Shown piece by piece: positions 7,968-19,694 of a stretch of 64,000 bases of DNA. The stretch's first letter is position 1; every line of letters starts with the position of its first letter. The stretch is taken from assembly GCA_011523185.1 (NCBI GenBank), contig WTHI01000135.1:8564-72563 (forward strand), in the 5' to 3' direction. Source of the DNA: Methanobacteriota archaeon (GTDB lineage Archaea > Thermoplasmatota > Poseidoniia > Poseidoniales > Thalassarchaeaceae). A model generated the notes under the pieces. It had not been told where the DNA came from, made no database searches, and saw nothing but the letters and a program-made list of their open reading frames with translations. Position numbers and translations under genes: made by a program.

Positions 7968-10900
7968 ATGAGCATGCAGAGTCCGAGTTTCGAACCCTCT
8001 AGGAAGCGGAAAGCGTTCCTGGCAGTAGTCTGTTTGTTACTACTTTCGGTATCTCCTATGCTCATGATTAATCCAAATCATGACCGAAAATTGGACGATT
8101 TAGAGAATGATTCCTCATTCACAGGAACTGTAGAGCCTTGGATAGATGGAGGGCAGCCTTGGCCGCAGCCTGGAAGAATATCTCAAAGAACATCCGAAGG
8201 GCCTCTCCATTCCCCAACCGGTGGAGCAGGGACTGATTCCCCGAGTAATGCAACCGAATTATCCTCTATTGTCGACCCAGTGATCAATTGGGAATATGGC
8301 ACCTATTCGATAGGCACGGACGCACTCGGAACCCCAGTCGGAGATTTTAGTCAACAAATTGTCACTGATGAGGCAGCCATGGAAAGATGTGGAGGAGATT
8401 CCCTATTCATTGTGCTAATCCAAACCGAAGTAGTCGGGGGTAACGATCACAGTGTTGTGAAAATTATCGAAGGCGAAGATGCTGATTTGGCTTGGGAGGT
8501 AGATTTGGGAGCCACCGAGATAATCAAGGCTTCACCAGTTATTGTAGACCTTGATGATGATGGAATGCAAGAAGTCATAATTGTCTACGACGCAGGTAGT
8601 GCTCTGTATGTTGATGCTTACTCTCCTAGACTTCATTGCTCAGTAACAGGTTGGTCGCCGGGGGGCTCAAAAAGCGGAGAGTTGCTTTGGAGTTATACTG
8701 ACGATAACCTGCAGATAGGAAGTACAAATGGACCCTATACCTCTTCTTGGTTAGGTGGGCATAGACCCACAACTCAACCCTTGCTCGCTGATCTTGATTT
8801 GGACGGAGACGCTGAATTGGTCCTTGCGGTTATCGACGATAACGAAAACCCCGTAGTCTTAGCACTGCCTCTTGGAGCAAATGGAGTGCCTACCCCAATA
8901 TGGCAATCTACGTTAGAGGATGGAAGCCATCCCTCCGATCCATCATTTGCTCAAGTTGATGATCAAACTGCCTATGTTTTACTCACAACCACTGAAGCTT
9001 CCAGTGGAGCGATGTGGGTTTGGAAATTAAATTCTGTATCGGGGGACCAACTATGGTCTCTTAGTCTGTCAAATTTAGATGGCGATTCTGATGTGCCTCA
9101 CATTAGACTCCCAGGGCCGGTAATTGCTAACTTAGATTCTGATTCCACACCTGAAATGATAATTTCAATACCAACCGATGCAGATGGTTCAAGCAGTGTC
9201 GATGGTGCAGAATTTAGAGGGCTAGAGATTGATGATGGATCTGAAATTTGGTCATTTGAGGCTGTAAATGGATACGCTGATGCCCCACCAATAGCAATAG
9301 ATACAGACAATGATAGTGTCATCGATAGAGTTTGCTGGGTAACTTGGTATCAGGAGACTACTGCAAGGCATGGGCATGCAGGCTGCCACGATGTATCAGG
9401 GAATAATCCTCAAATTGAATGGTACAATGACTTAGAGCAATCTAGCGGCTCCCCTAATGACGAAATTGCTGTTGCACAACCAGTCTGGATGGATATTGAT
9501 GGTAGTGGCGCGCCGGAATTGTTAGTGGCATATGGAAGAACTCTTTGGGCTTGGGATGGAGATACTGGGACTCAAGCCGCAATTAACGATAATTGGAACA
9601 ATGAGGTCGAAGTTGACCACAGAACTTGGTCATCTCCAGCCTTAGCAGATCTTGATGGAGATGCAACTTTGGATATAGTTCTGGGTGATACAGTAATCTC
9701 TACGGCTCTTGCCGACGTTAGGCCATTACTAGATGGGCGTGCAATAGAATTCAATCCAAGTGCACCTAATCCTAACGAAGAAGTCACGATTACAGCCTTC
9801 TTTGAAAATGCAGGAACCATTGAAATTGATGAGGCTGTAGACGCAGTCCTATACGCTGATGGAACAGAGATAGCACGCCATCGTGCTAGCAGCTTAGAAC
9901 CGACTGACCCCACTGGTTCAGCAGGGTTCGAATCCTTCTCTGTCGAATGGTCAGGTGGACTTGGAGAATATAATTTCGAATTGGTACTCGACCCATACCA
10001 AAATGTAACTCAATCTCGTTATGACAATGATGCACAATCGACCACTTTGACGATTGTGCCACCTTACAATGCTACATTTGAGATGCCTACGAATCCTGTT
10101 AGAGTTAATCCAGGAGAATCAACCATTGGTCAACCAACTGTTCGCTCAACTGGCCGTCTAGCCGGTGTTTGGAGTATGAACGTCGACGCTAGTAATTTGC
10201 CACAAGGGTGGACCTGGAGTGATGAAACACCAGGAGGAATTACGTCCATTCAAATTTCTGCAGATGGAACTTGGACTCCCTCTCTTAGGATTAACGCGCC
10301 AATAAATGCAGATGGTTCTGATGCAGGATATCTTTCGCTAACTCTTACCCTAGACGAAGATCAGAATGTTAGCGTTAGCGGAGTTTTACCAGTCGAGGCA
10401 AACCGTACACGTGGGTTGTCGATTAGAGGACCGGCGGGGACTACCGCTAGTAGCGGCTATGGTCTAATTGGAGATTCTGCTAAAGCATGGTTGGTCGTAG
10501 AAAATCTCGGGAACGCTGATGAAAATTCAATATCTATGTTCTGGGATAGTACATCTTGGGATTCTGCTGAAAATAGCTTAACCTTACACGATGAAATTGG
10601 AAATGAAATACCCGCATTAACTCTGTCTGCTGGAGAAGAAAAAATCATCTCTGCGAGACTAAATGTACCAACAGATGCATCGCTAGGAGATAGCGTTACT
10701 ACCCCGCTTACCATGTGTGTTGGGAGCGGAGAAGAGGAAACCTGTCAAACCGTGCAATTACAATTCATCGCTACAAGTGTTGTAACCGAAACCAATCACC
10801 AGAGGAGCATGCCTGAGAATACATTGCAATGGAATGTTATTGCAGACCTTCCAGCCTCTTCTGGAGTTTTAGATTGGAAAATTAGTGACGCTGGAATGGG

Positions 10901-13646
10901 AATAGAAGATTGGATTTGGTCGGGTTCCGGTTCATTATCGATAAGTGGAGATGATATTACGATGCAAGGAATTCCTGGTTCAAGAGTAAGTGGCATATTG
11001 TCTGTAGAACTTCCTGTCGATGCTCCCCCTGCTTTCCATTCATTCACAGATTCTAGTAGCCTTGGTTCGGATTATTCGCTTCGATTATCGGTTGAGGTCA
11101 TGCAAATTTACAGGACTTCTCTTACATTGGTATCACCTACAGAATCACCTCATTTAGTAGAAGTAGAGGAATCTATACCAGCAACGGTTCGGTTGTATAA
11201 TCCAGGAAATGGTGAAGATACCTACGTCATGTCTCACGCAGTAATATTGGATGACTATCTTACAGAAGACCCTGGTATATCAGTCACCTTCAGTAACTCA
11301 AGAGTGACCCTAAGCGCGGGAAGTTTGAGGACTCTTCCAGTTGAGATTATTTTACCAGATACAACCCCTGCAAGAACTCCGGTTAGTATTGAGTTATTCA
11401 TGACCTCTGAAGGAAATACAACAATATCAGATTCGGTCATCCTGACGCTTGAAGCAAGACAAGATCATCGTTGGGATGTAGTACTTTATTCAGCACTTGG
11501 CGATGTTGAGGACAATACATTTGCAATTAGCCCCGGTGATTCCTTTGCCGTCGAAATTTATGCAACGAATATTGGAAATCTTGACGACGACCTTTCTGTA
11601 TCCGCTTTAGGTCTGCTCAATCACCAGGGTGCCGATTCGGTAACCGATTGGAACATCTTTGGCGATAATGTATCATCAGTTCCGGTAAACAGTTCCACAA
11701 CACTATATTTGGTAGTGGAAGTACCTCTTGGTGCTTGGAATGGAACAACCTACCAAGTTAGTGCTTCAATAGTAGCATTTGAAGTCGAAATTCATACCTT
11801 TACATTCACAATAGAAGTTTCCCACGTAGCGGGTTGGAATGCCATAGCAACTAATGCGGATTTGGAGATTGACCCCTCTGGGTCTACGGTTTCACTAACT
11901 ATTGTCCAGGAAGGAAATTCGCCAACTCGCCCATACGTAAGCGTACAGGTGGACGGAGAAATTGGATGGGAGGTTGATACACCAGATGAATTACCAATCT
12001 TAGACCCAGGAAGTACAGCTACTCTAGATTTACAAATCACCCCACCCTCTACTGCTAGGCACGGAAGAACCGTTGAGTTATTGGTTAGATTAAGGGAAGG
12101 AGATGGAAGCAGTGAGGCTACCATTACATTGCCGCTTAGAGTTGCAGAGATTCATGAATTCAGCCTTCAAGGTAGTGGGAATTGGATTGTTTCAGACAAT
12201 GGAGGGTATCCCCATGCAGAATTACATAATCAGGGCAATGCGCCTACAACAATTTCACTTGAGGTACTTAGCCTACCTCAAGGTTGGCTAGTTTCAGGGC
12301 CTACTCAGGTGGTTATTGGAGTGGGAGAAATCACAGGAGTTCCATTAGAGGTAATTCCATCCTCAGATTGGGAGGGGGAATCTAGAACCATCAGAATCTT
12401 GGCACAAGATGAAGCAGGTAATCAAAGGGAAATTTCTCTCGATACTCAATACGAAGATCATTCATGGGCATCTTCACCTGTGATTGTATCAATGCAAGGA
12501 GACAGTGTTCTACTAGACATACACGGAACTTCACCTGATTCCTCGGTTGTTGATGATGTTCAGTCAAATCTACAATGGGATTTGCAAGGTGGTTGGGCGT
12601 GGCAAGCCAACACAGCAACTAGTGGCACTCAAGTTACTGTGGATTCGAACACAGTCTTACCATACACAGCATATGTCATCGAACCTGCGCTTAGGTATGC
12701 AACCTGCTCGATAACAGGATCTGTAGACTCAGTGAGGGCAGAATGTACAGTTGCCAATGGAACCCAACCATTCAGCTATACTGTAATCCTAATCGACGAT
12801 GAAGGAAAAATGTTAGACTCAACTGAAGGTAATTTGGATGCAAACACAACTTCTGGTCAAGTTAACCTAAGTGCTAATTCATGGGACCCGCAGCCGGGAA
12901 TGAGGAGTCTGGTTATTCGGTTATTAGATGAAAGAGGAATTGTTATTGCGTCTGATGAGACTGAATTTGAAATTCGTCGAAATGATTGGAATATTGGTTT
13001 GGTTGCTCTTGAACTTGATGGGCAAGGTGATACTCAAAAAATCAAGGTATTGACAAAGAGAGAGTATCACCACCTACTGACTGATGCCGATTGTAGCATT
13101 TTAGTAATCGCAGGCAGCCATACAGCCACCCATGAAATCGATTTCTCAGGAACTTATCCCCCAGAACCAAAGTTGGACCGCCCATCTTTGGATGATGCAC
13201 CAGATGGTACGGAAATCATTGTGACGGTGCAATGCAAATTCCCTTGGGATGTTGATTCCGATCCAACCGACAATGAAGCAAAATTGATTCTTTCTGGTGG
13301 TTCTGTAAATAATGATTCAGGCTTTGAATGGTTTACGGCAATTGGCTCGGCCATTCTTGTAATATCATTGGCACTTACTCTGACATGGATCCTTTACAAT
13401 CAACGCGAAAGGAAGAAATTATTGGATATGACTGAGTCCATTCTTAGCAAGAAAAAGCAGGAAACTAAGCTTCCAAAACCACCTGTGCCCTCTGAGAATT
13501 TGGTCGAGGAAAATATTCAAGAAAATACAATAATTGAAAATGAGGAGAATATCAACAATCAAATCGTAGAGGATACTCCAGAAGTCGTTGAACGACAATT
13601 AGACGACTTTGAGAGCAGGTTGAAGCGTTTGACCGGCGACGACTAA
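7968..13646 (+). CDS. Giant cell-surface protein: FG-GAP/VCBS beta-propeller, CARDB and NEW3/Ig-like repeats, C-terminal TM anchor
   Basis: Signal peptide; repeated DLDxDGxxE motifs; repeated N.GN..D Ig-like modules; TM about 100 aa from the C-terminus; acidic tail. Confidence 0.85.
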   Translation: MSMQSPSFEPSRKRKAFLAVVCLLLLSVSPMLMINPNHDRKLDDLENDSSFTGTVEPWIDGGQPWPQPGRISQRTSEGPLHSPTGGAGTDSPSNATELSSIVDPVINWEYGTYSIGTDALGTPVGDFSQQIVTDEAAMERCGGDSLFIVLIQTEVVGGNDHSVVKIIEGEDADLAWEVDLGATEIIKASPVIVDLDDDGMQEVIIVYDAGSALYVDAYSPRLHCSVTGWSPGGSKSGELLWSYTDDNLQIGSTNGPYTSSWLGGHRPTTQPLLADLDLDGDAELVLAVIDDNENPVVLALPLGANGVPTPIWQSTLEDGSHPSDPSFAQVDDQTAYVLLTTTEASSGAMWVWKLNSVSGDQLWSLSLSNLDGDSDVPHIRLPGPVIANLDSDSTPEMIISIPTDADGSSSVDGAEFRGLEIDDGSEIWSFEAVNGYADAPPIAIDTDNDSVIDRVCWVTWYQETTARHGHAGCHDVSGNNPQIEWYNDLEQSSGSPNDEIAVAQPVWMDIDGSGAPELLVAYGRTLWAWDGDTGTQAAINDNWNNEVEVDHRTWSSPALADLDGDATLDIVLGDTVISTALADVRPLLDGRAIEFNPSAPNPNEEVTITAFFENAGTIEIDEAVDAVLYADGTEIARHRASSLEPTDPTGSAGFESFSVEWSGGLGEYNFELVLDPYQNVTQSRYDNDAQSTTLTIVPPYNATFEMPTNPVRVNPGESTIGQPTVRSTGRLAGVWSMNVDASNLPQGWTWSDETPGGITSIQISADGTWTPSLRINAPINADGSDAGYLSLTLTLDEDQNVSVSGVLPVEANRTRGLSIRGPAGTTASSGYGLIGDSAKAWLVVENLGNADENSISMFWDSTSWDSAENSLTLHDEIGNEIPALTLSAGEEKIISARLNVPTDASLGDSVTTPLTMCVGSGEEETCQTVQLQFIATSVVTETNHQRSMPENTLQWNVIADLPASSGVLDWKISDAGMGIEDWIWSGSGSLSISGDDITMQGIPGSRVSGILSVELPVDAPPAFHSFTDSSSLGSDYSLRLSVEVMQIYRTSLTLVSPTESPHLVEVEESIPATVRLYNPGNGEDTYVMSHAVILDDYLTEDPGISVTFSNSRVTLSAGSLRTLPVEIILPDTTPARTPVSIELFMTSEGNTTISDSVILTLEARQDHRWDVVLYSALGDVEDNTFAISPGDSFAVEIYATNIGNLDDDLSVSALGLLNHQGADSVTDWNIFGDNVSSVPVNSSTTLYLVVEVPLGAWNGTTYQVSASIVAFEVEIHTFTFTIEVSHVAGWNAIATNADLEIDPSGSTVSLTIVQEGNSPTRPYVSVQVDGEIGWEVDTPDELPILDPGSTATLDLQITPPSTARHGRTVELLVRLREGDGSSEATITLPLRVAEIHEFSLQGSGNWIVSDNGGYPHAELHNQGNAPTTISLEVLSLPQGWLVSGPTQVVIGVGEITGVPLEVIPSSDWEGESRTIRILAQDEAGNQREISLDTQYEDHSWASSPVIVSMQGDSVLLDIHGTSPDSSVVDDVQSNLQWDLQGGWAWQANTATSGTQVTVDSNTVLPYTAYVIEPALRYATCSITGSVDSVRAECTVANGTQPFSYTVILIDDEGKMLDSTEGNLDANTTSGQVNLSANSWDPQPGMRSLVIRLLDERGIVIASDETEFEIRRNDWNIGLVALELDGQGDTQKIKVLTKREYHHLLTDADCSILVIAGSHTATHEIDFSGTYPPEPKLDRPSLDDAPDGTEIIVTVQCKFPWDVDSDPTDNEAKLILSGGSVNNDSGFEWFTAIGSAILVISLALTLTWILYNQRERKKLLDMTESILSKKKQETKLPKPPVPSENLVEENIQENTIIENEENINNQIVEDTPEVVERQLDDFESRLKRLTGDD

Positions 13647-13660
13647 ACACAGGTGCTAGA

Positions 13661-14284
13661 ATGAACCGCTACATCCCTCCTAGTCCATTCTATACTTTCG
13701 AGCCTTTACGGCATGACCCGCTAGAATTGATCCCTTCAATTCAATCCTCACAAGGAGGCGACCATACAGAAATAAAATCGTTAGAAGCGATCCCCTCATC
13801 AATTCTTGAATTAGAGGAGGGAGAAAATCCAATCATGGATCCTGCAATGATGCTATTCCTGTGTTCAGTCGCTTGGAAAGGCGACGGAGGAATGCCAGAA
13901 CCATTAGACAAAGGAGTTAGTAGAGAAAGAATCGGAAGATTCCCGATCGAAGGAGGTAATGCGATAGAATATCTACTAAATCATACAATTGAAAAGAGTG
14001 AGGATGGCCTTCATGAATTGCTTGCAAAACTAACTCTTGGCCTAGATGAAGAATTTCTTGGAGAAGGAGGATTTTCTTCTGGCATGGGCGGTTTGGAATT
14101 ATGCGGCTGGCTTGATTCAAGAGATGTGACTAATCTCCGTCGAGCAATCCAAAAAGGCAAATGGGCAGTTGACCCAAGTGAACCTTTAGACGGTGGAGTT
14201 GCCGATGCTTTTCGACATCTAACTATCATTTTACGCGGAGCAGAAAAAAGAAAGTGCGGTATTCTGATGAGGAAACATTCCTAA
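13661..14284 (+). CDS. Hypothetical protein
   Basis: 207-aa ORF 14 nt downstream of the giant gene, same strand. Confidence 0.7.
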   Translation: MNRYIPPSPFYTFEPLRHDPLELIPSIQSSQGGDHTEIKSLEAIPSSILELEEGENPIMDPAMMLFLCSVAWKGDGGMPEPLDKGVSRERIGRFPIEGGNAIEYLLNHTIEKSEDGLHELLAKLTLGLDEEFLGEGGFSSGMGGLELCGWLDSRDVTNLRRAIQKGKWAVDPSEPLDGGVADAFRHLTIILRGAEKRKCGILMRKHS

Positions 14285-14286
14285 AA

Positions 14287-15198
14287 CTAGAATTCTTGAC
14301 CAGTTAATCTTTCAAACATATCTGCATAAAGAGTTGAGGTTTGATCAATAATTGATTGTGGTAAAGCAGGAATTGGTGGCTCTTCAGTTCCTGCCTCTCT
14401 CGCCGCGTAAAGTTCAGAGTGATGACCGGTCTCTAGGTAATGACCTCTGACAAATTCTTTCGAAAGTTGCACAATCTCTCCCTTGTCATATGCTTCAGCA
14501 TCCCACCATCTGTCTTCATCTAAGGTTCCGAATGAATCCACCAAGACCGGAACTCTGCCTTCTCCTAAGGCGAATTCTTTCTTTCCATCGACATGGATTA
14601 ATCCACGCTTTGCGGCCTCGCTCTCGATTATTTCGTCAACCTTGACAACAATTTCGAGAATCGAATCAAATTCCTCGTCGGTAAGATTGGAGATTTCCAA
14701 TGCCTCCGCTCTATCGAGTAATCTATCGAATTTTTCGAATTTGGTCGATACCTCAAGGTATGGCTTTGGAAGTTTTACTCCTTCCTCTAGTATGGTTCCA
14801 GGTTCAAATCCAAATTCTTCAGCAGGGGCGTCGCCCCTTGCATATCTTCTCCAACCGCTACCTGCAAGATAATGTCGACAAATCACTTCCAATGGTACGA
14901 AGACATTTTCTTGGTCTCTCGATATTGCACCAGGCTCACGAATAACATCGAATCTTCGCGCTAACACTCTATCGGGTGCATTCATTTCGATAACATGGGT
15001 GTCACAAATTCCTGCTTCTTCAACAAGTTTGAACCAGTGACAAGAGGTTCTGTTTAATGACTCACCCTTTCGAGGAATTAGGCTAGGAATAATTTGGTCG
15101 AAAACGCTAATTTGGTCAGTATACCTAAATTCGATTATATCCGGATTATCTGTACTCCAAACTTGCTTCACCTTACCGTGGTAAATCATCTCGCCCAT
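14287..15198 (-). CDS. purC: Phosphoribosylaminoimidazole-succinocarboxamide (SAICAR) synthase
   Basis: YHGKVK, TDQISVFD, PLEVICRHYLAGS, VDGKKEF, LSKEFVR. Confidence 0.95.
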   Translation of the reverse strand: MGEMIYHGKVKQVWSTDNPDIIEFRYTDQISVFDQIIPSLIPRKGESLNRTSCHWFKLVEEAGICDTHVIEMNAPDRVLARRFDVIREPGAISRDQENVFVPLEVICRHYLAGSGWRRYARGDAPAEEFGFEPGTILEEGVKLPKPYLEVSTKFEKFDRLLDRAEALEISNLTDEEFDSILEIVVKVDEIIESEAAKRGLIHVDGKKEFALGEGRVPVLVDSFGTLDEDRWWDAEAYDKGEIVQLSKEFVRGHYLETGHHSELYAAREAGTEEPPIPALPQSIIDQTSTLYADMFERLTGQEF

Positions 15199-15327
15199 AC
15201 AACAAGGGCCATTGAAAGACAACCTTGAACATTGCTAATACTAATGCTCTTAATTTTTGATGATACTAAAATAAATCACCATGTAATACGGGTCGATTCT
15301 ATATTCTAACTTCTGTGTGCTCAATTT

Positions 15328-17376
15328 GTGAATAGAGCCTCTCCGGGTATCGAGAGAATTTTCTCTTGGTCGTCAATTGACTCTAAGTCTAGGGTTGTAA
15401 TTCTAGTCTCTATATTGTTAATTTGTTCAATCCCCCATTCGAGCGGACAAGAGACAATTACCGGATGGAACGAAGCCGAAAGTTGGACGGACCAGGACCT
15501 AAATGCGGCAGTTATCCATGGAGAACGAGTCTGGGTATTCGGAGATTCTGGAATCGTAAGATTTAGCGAAGACTCCGGTGCAACGTGGCAAAATCATACT
15601 AATTTAGGAGATGTTGATTTAATCTCAGCAGATTCGTATGAGAACTCAATGGCTGTATTGTCTTCTGATGGGGTAATCTACATGAAAGATGGTTTAGAAT
15701 CAGAATGGATTACTATAGACTCTAACCAAACGGGAATGAAGAGTATCGCATTAGCAGGAGAAGATTCCCTGATAATTGTAGGAAATGCAGGATTAATCTG
15801 GCAATACACTGATCAGACTTGGTGGAATAGGACAACAAGTTTCACTGAAAACCTGCACGATGTTGACTTCAACGGTGCTGAAGACGGATTGGTGGTTGGT
15901 AATGCAGGTACCATTCTCGCTACAGATGATGGAGGCACAACATGGGATTACAGAGAGGCTCCAGACCCTGAATCTTCAATCGTTTCTGTATCTTACTTCA
16001 ATCCTTACCGCATGTTCGCAGTAAGTGATTCAGGGCAGATCATATATTCAACATCCCCTGGTGGTTTTGAGTGGCAATTAAGAGAAATTGAATCCGCTGG
16101 ATACAATACAACACTCGCGACTAACCTTTCTTCCATTGATGTGGTCTCATCCTCAAGAATTCTATTCACTGGACCTGATGGATATCTAGGGCTAAGTCTT
16201 GACCAAGGCTTGAATGTTGAAAGAAATATACTACCTTCAGGAGTAAATACCTCGTTTAACGACCATGCAATGTTCGACTACGTAGTAGGCATAGTTGTCG
16301 GTGATTCGGGTGTCATCCTGTTTACTGATAGAGCAGGGGAAAACGAAGATATTGGTTTCCAAATACCCGATTACAATAATTTTGGAGAGTTCGTTGAATA
16401 TGCAGATGATATGTTATTAGCTGGATTTATTGCAACAGTAAAGATTGTGATATTCGGAATTTTATTTGGATTCGTAATCGGCTTGTTACTAGCGATGTTG
16501 AAAACAGCCCCTACATCTTTCAAAAATATACTAGAGCGATTTTCTACAACCCAAATCAAAGGACTTGGAGCAATTTGTTCGGTATTTGCATTATGGTTAA
16601 TCTACTCTGGTCTCAGAAGGTTTCCTGATTTACAATTGAATGGAATAGAGTACATTTTCACTCCTGTAGGAGACCCTAGAGGATTTGCAATGTTTGGCCT
16701 TGGAATTGCGATTTTTGTTATTTCAATCCAATTTATTTTGGCTGATGAAAAATTGACTGGACCTTTGTTCAGAGTTAGACCATTGAATTCCTTAGCAACC
16801 GTCTACACAGATTTCTTTCGAAATACGCCACTAATTGTACAATTTATGTTCATTCACTTCGGGCTCAGGTTAGGCATGAGGATTCAACAAGTTATGGAAG
16901 GTACATTTGGCGATCCAGGCATTGATGGAATTGACTACTTCTTCTATGGTGACCGCACCTTCCTTAGTGCTATTTTCACTCTCGGGCTTAATTCAGGAGC
17001 ATACCAATGTGAAACAATTCGAGGGGCGATAGCTGCGATCCCATCTGGTCAAATGGAAGCAGGAAGAAGTATCGGATTGACCTATATGGGGACAATGAAA
17101 TTAGTAATAATACCACAAGCAATTCGAATTTGTATCCCACCAATCGGTAACGAAATGGTGAACTTAGTATTGAATTCATCACTGGCGATGGTTATTGGTT
17201 ATTCTGAACTTTCAAGACAAGGAAGACTGATGATTGCGACCACTTTCCAAATATTTTCGGCGTGGGGATTGGTTATGATATCTTATTTTGTTGTAACTTG
17301 GACTCTTGCCTTACTTCTTCGAAGATTAGAGGAGAAAACAAAAATCCCTGGTTTAGGAATTTCAGGAGGTGCTTGA
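15328..17376 (+). CDS. Polar amino-acid ABC permease fused to an N-terminal Ycf48/BNR (Asp-box) beta-propeller
   Basis: SEDSGATW and TDDGGTTW Asp-boxes in the N-terminal half; FRNTPLIVQ, LNSGAY..ETIRG, GQMEAGRSIG (EAA loop), IIPQAIR in the C-terminal half. Confidence 0.88.
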   Translation: MNRASPGIERIFSWSSIDSKSRVVILVSILLICSIPHSSGQETITGWNEAESWTDQDLNAAVIHGERVWVFGDSGIVRFSEDSGATWQNHTNLGDVDLISADSYENSMAVLSSDGVIYMKDGLESEWITIDSNQTGMKSIALAGEDSLIIVGNAGLIWQYTDQTWWNRTTSFTENLHDVDFNGAEDGLVVGNAGTILATDDGGTTWDYREAPDPESSIVSVSYFNPYRMFAVSDSGQIIYSTSPGGFEWQLREIESAGYNTTLATNLSSIDVVSSSRILFTGPDGYLGLSLDQGLNVERNILPSGVNTSFNDHAMFDYVVGIVVGDSGVILFTDRAGENEDIGFQIPDYNNFGEFVEYADDMLLAGFIATVKIVIFGILFGFVIGLLLAMLKTAPTSFKNILERFSTTQIKGLGAICSVFALWLIYSGLRRFPDLQLNGIEYIFTPVGDPRGFAMFGLGIAIFVISIQFILADEKLTGPLFRVRPLNSLATVYTDFFRNTPLIVQFMFIHFGLRLGMRIQQVMEGTFGDPGIDGIDYFFYGDRTFLSAIFTLGLNSGAYQCETIRGAIAAIPSGQMEAGRSIGLTYMGTMKLVIIPQAIRICIPPIGNEMVNLVLNSSLAMVIGYSELSRQGRLMIATTFQIFSAWGLVMISYFVVTWTLALLLRRLEEKTKIPGLGISGGA

Positions 17377-18207
17377 ATGGAAGATGTAGTTCTTTCAATT
17401 CGTGATTTACACAAGATCTACCCTGGAGGCGTTCATGCAGTCAGAGGCGTGGACTTCGATGTTCATGAAGGAGAGTCAGTAGCGATAATTGGATCTTCGG
17501 GTTCTGGAAAATCTACTGTTCTTCGATGTATCAATAGATTGATTGAGCCCACTGATGGAGTAATTGAACTACGAGGTGAACAAATTAACACACCTAGTGC
17601 AAATGTAAACGAGGTAAGAAGTAGAATAGGAATGGTATTCCAGTCTTTCGAATTATTTTCTCATTTGAAAGTATTAGACAATGTAACTCTAGGTTTACGG
17701 CATGTTCGTGGAATGAGTAAATCTGAGGCAGAAGAAGTGGCTTTAGATGTACTAGAGAGAGTCGATATGCTTGAGAGAATAGATGCCTACCCTGGTAATT
17801 TATCAGGCGGACAAAAACAACGTGTTGCGATTGCTAGGGCGTTAGCAATGAAGCCAGAAGTCATCCTATTCGATGAACCTACAAGTGCATTGGACCCAGA
17901 GTTGATCGGTTCTGTTTTGCAGACTATTCGTGGCTTAGCTGACGAGGGGATGACGATGGTTATTGTCACTCACGAAATTAATTTCGCTAGGGATGTTGCC
18001 GACAGGATTGTCTATTTGGATCAGGGCAAGGTGGCTGAAGAAGGCCCATCTTCAATAATCAACCAGCCAAAGACTGAGCGTCTTCAGAGATTCCTTTCCT
18101 CTATGCATGAAGATAAAATTCCAGAGGGCATCGAAAATGAACTGGTAAGTACCCAAACAGACCATGGCTATATTCCGGATGGAACTGGTAATCGACCTAG
18201 GTCTTGA
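17377..18207 (+). CDS. glnQ: Polar amino-acid ABC transporter ATPase (GlnQ family)
   Basis: GSSGSGKS, LSGGQKQRVAIARALAM, FDEPTSALDPEL, VTHE. Confidence 0.93.
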   Translation: MEDVVLSIRDLHKIYPGGVHAVRGVDFDVHEGESVAIIGSSGSGKSTVLRCINRLIEPTDGVIELRGEQINTPSANVNEVRSRIGMVFQSFELFSHLKVLDNVTLGLRHVRGMSKSEAEEVALDVLERVDMLERIDAYPGNLSGGQKQRVAIARALAMKPEVILFDEPTSALDPELIGSVLQTIRGLADEGMTMVIVTHEINFARDVADRIVYLDQGKVAEEGPSSIINQPKTERLQRFLSSMHEDKIPEGIENELVSTQTDHGYIPDGTGNRPRS

Positions 18208-18212
18208 AGAGT

Positions 18213-19693
<1,481 letters not shown>

Positions 19694-19694
19694 A

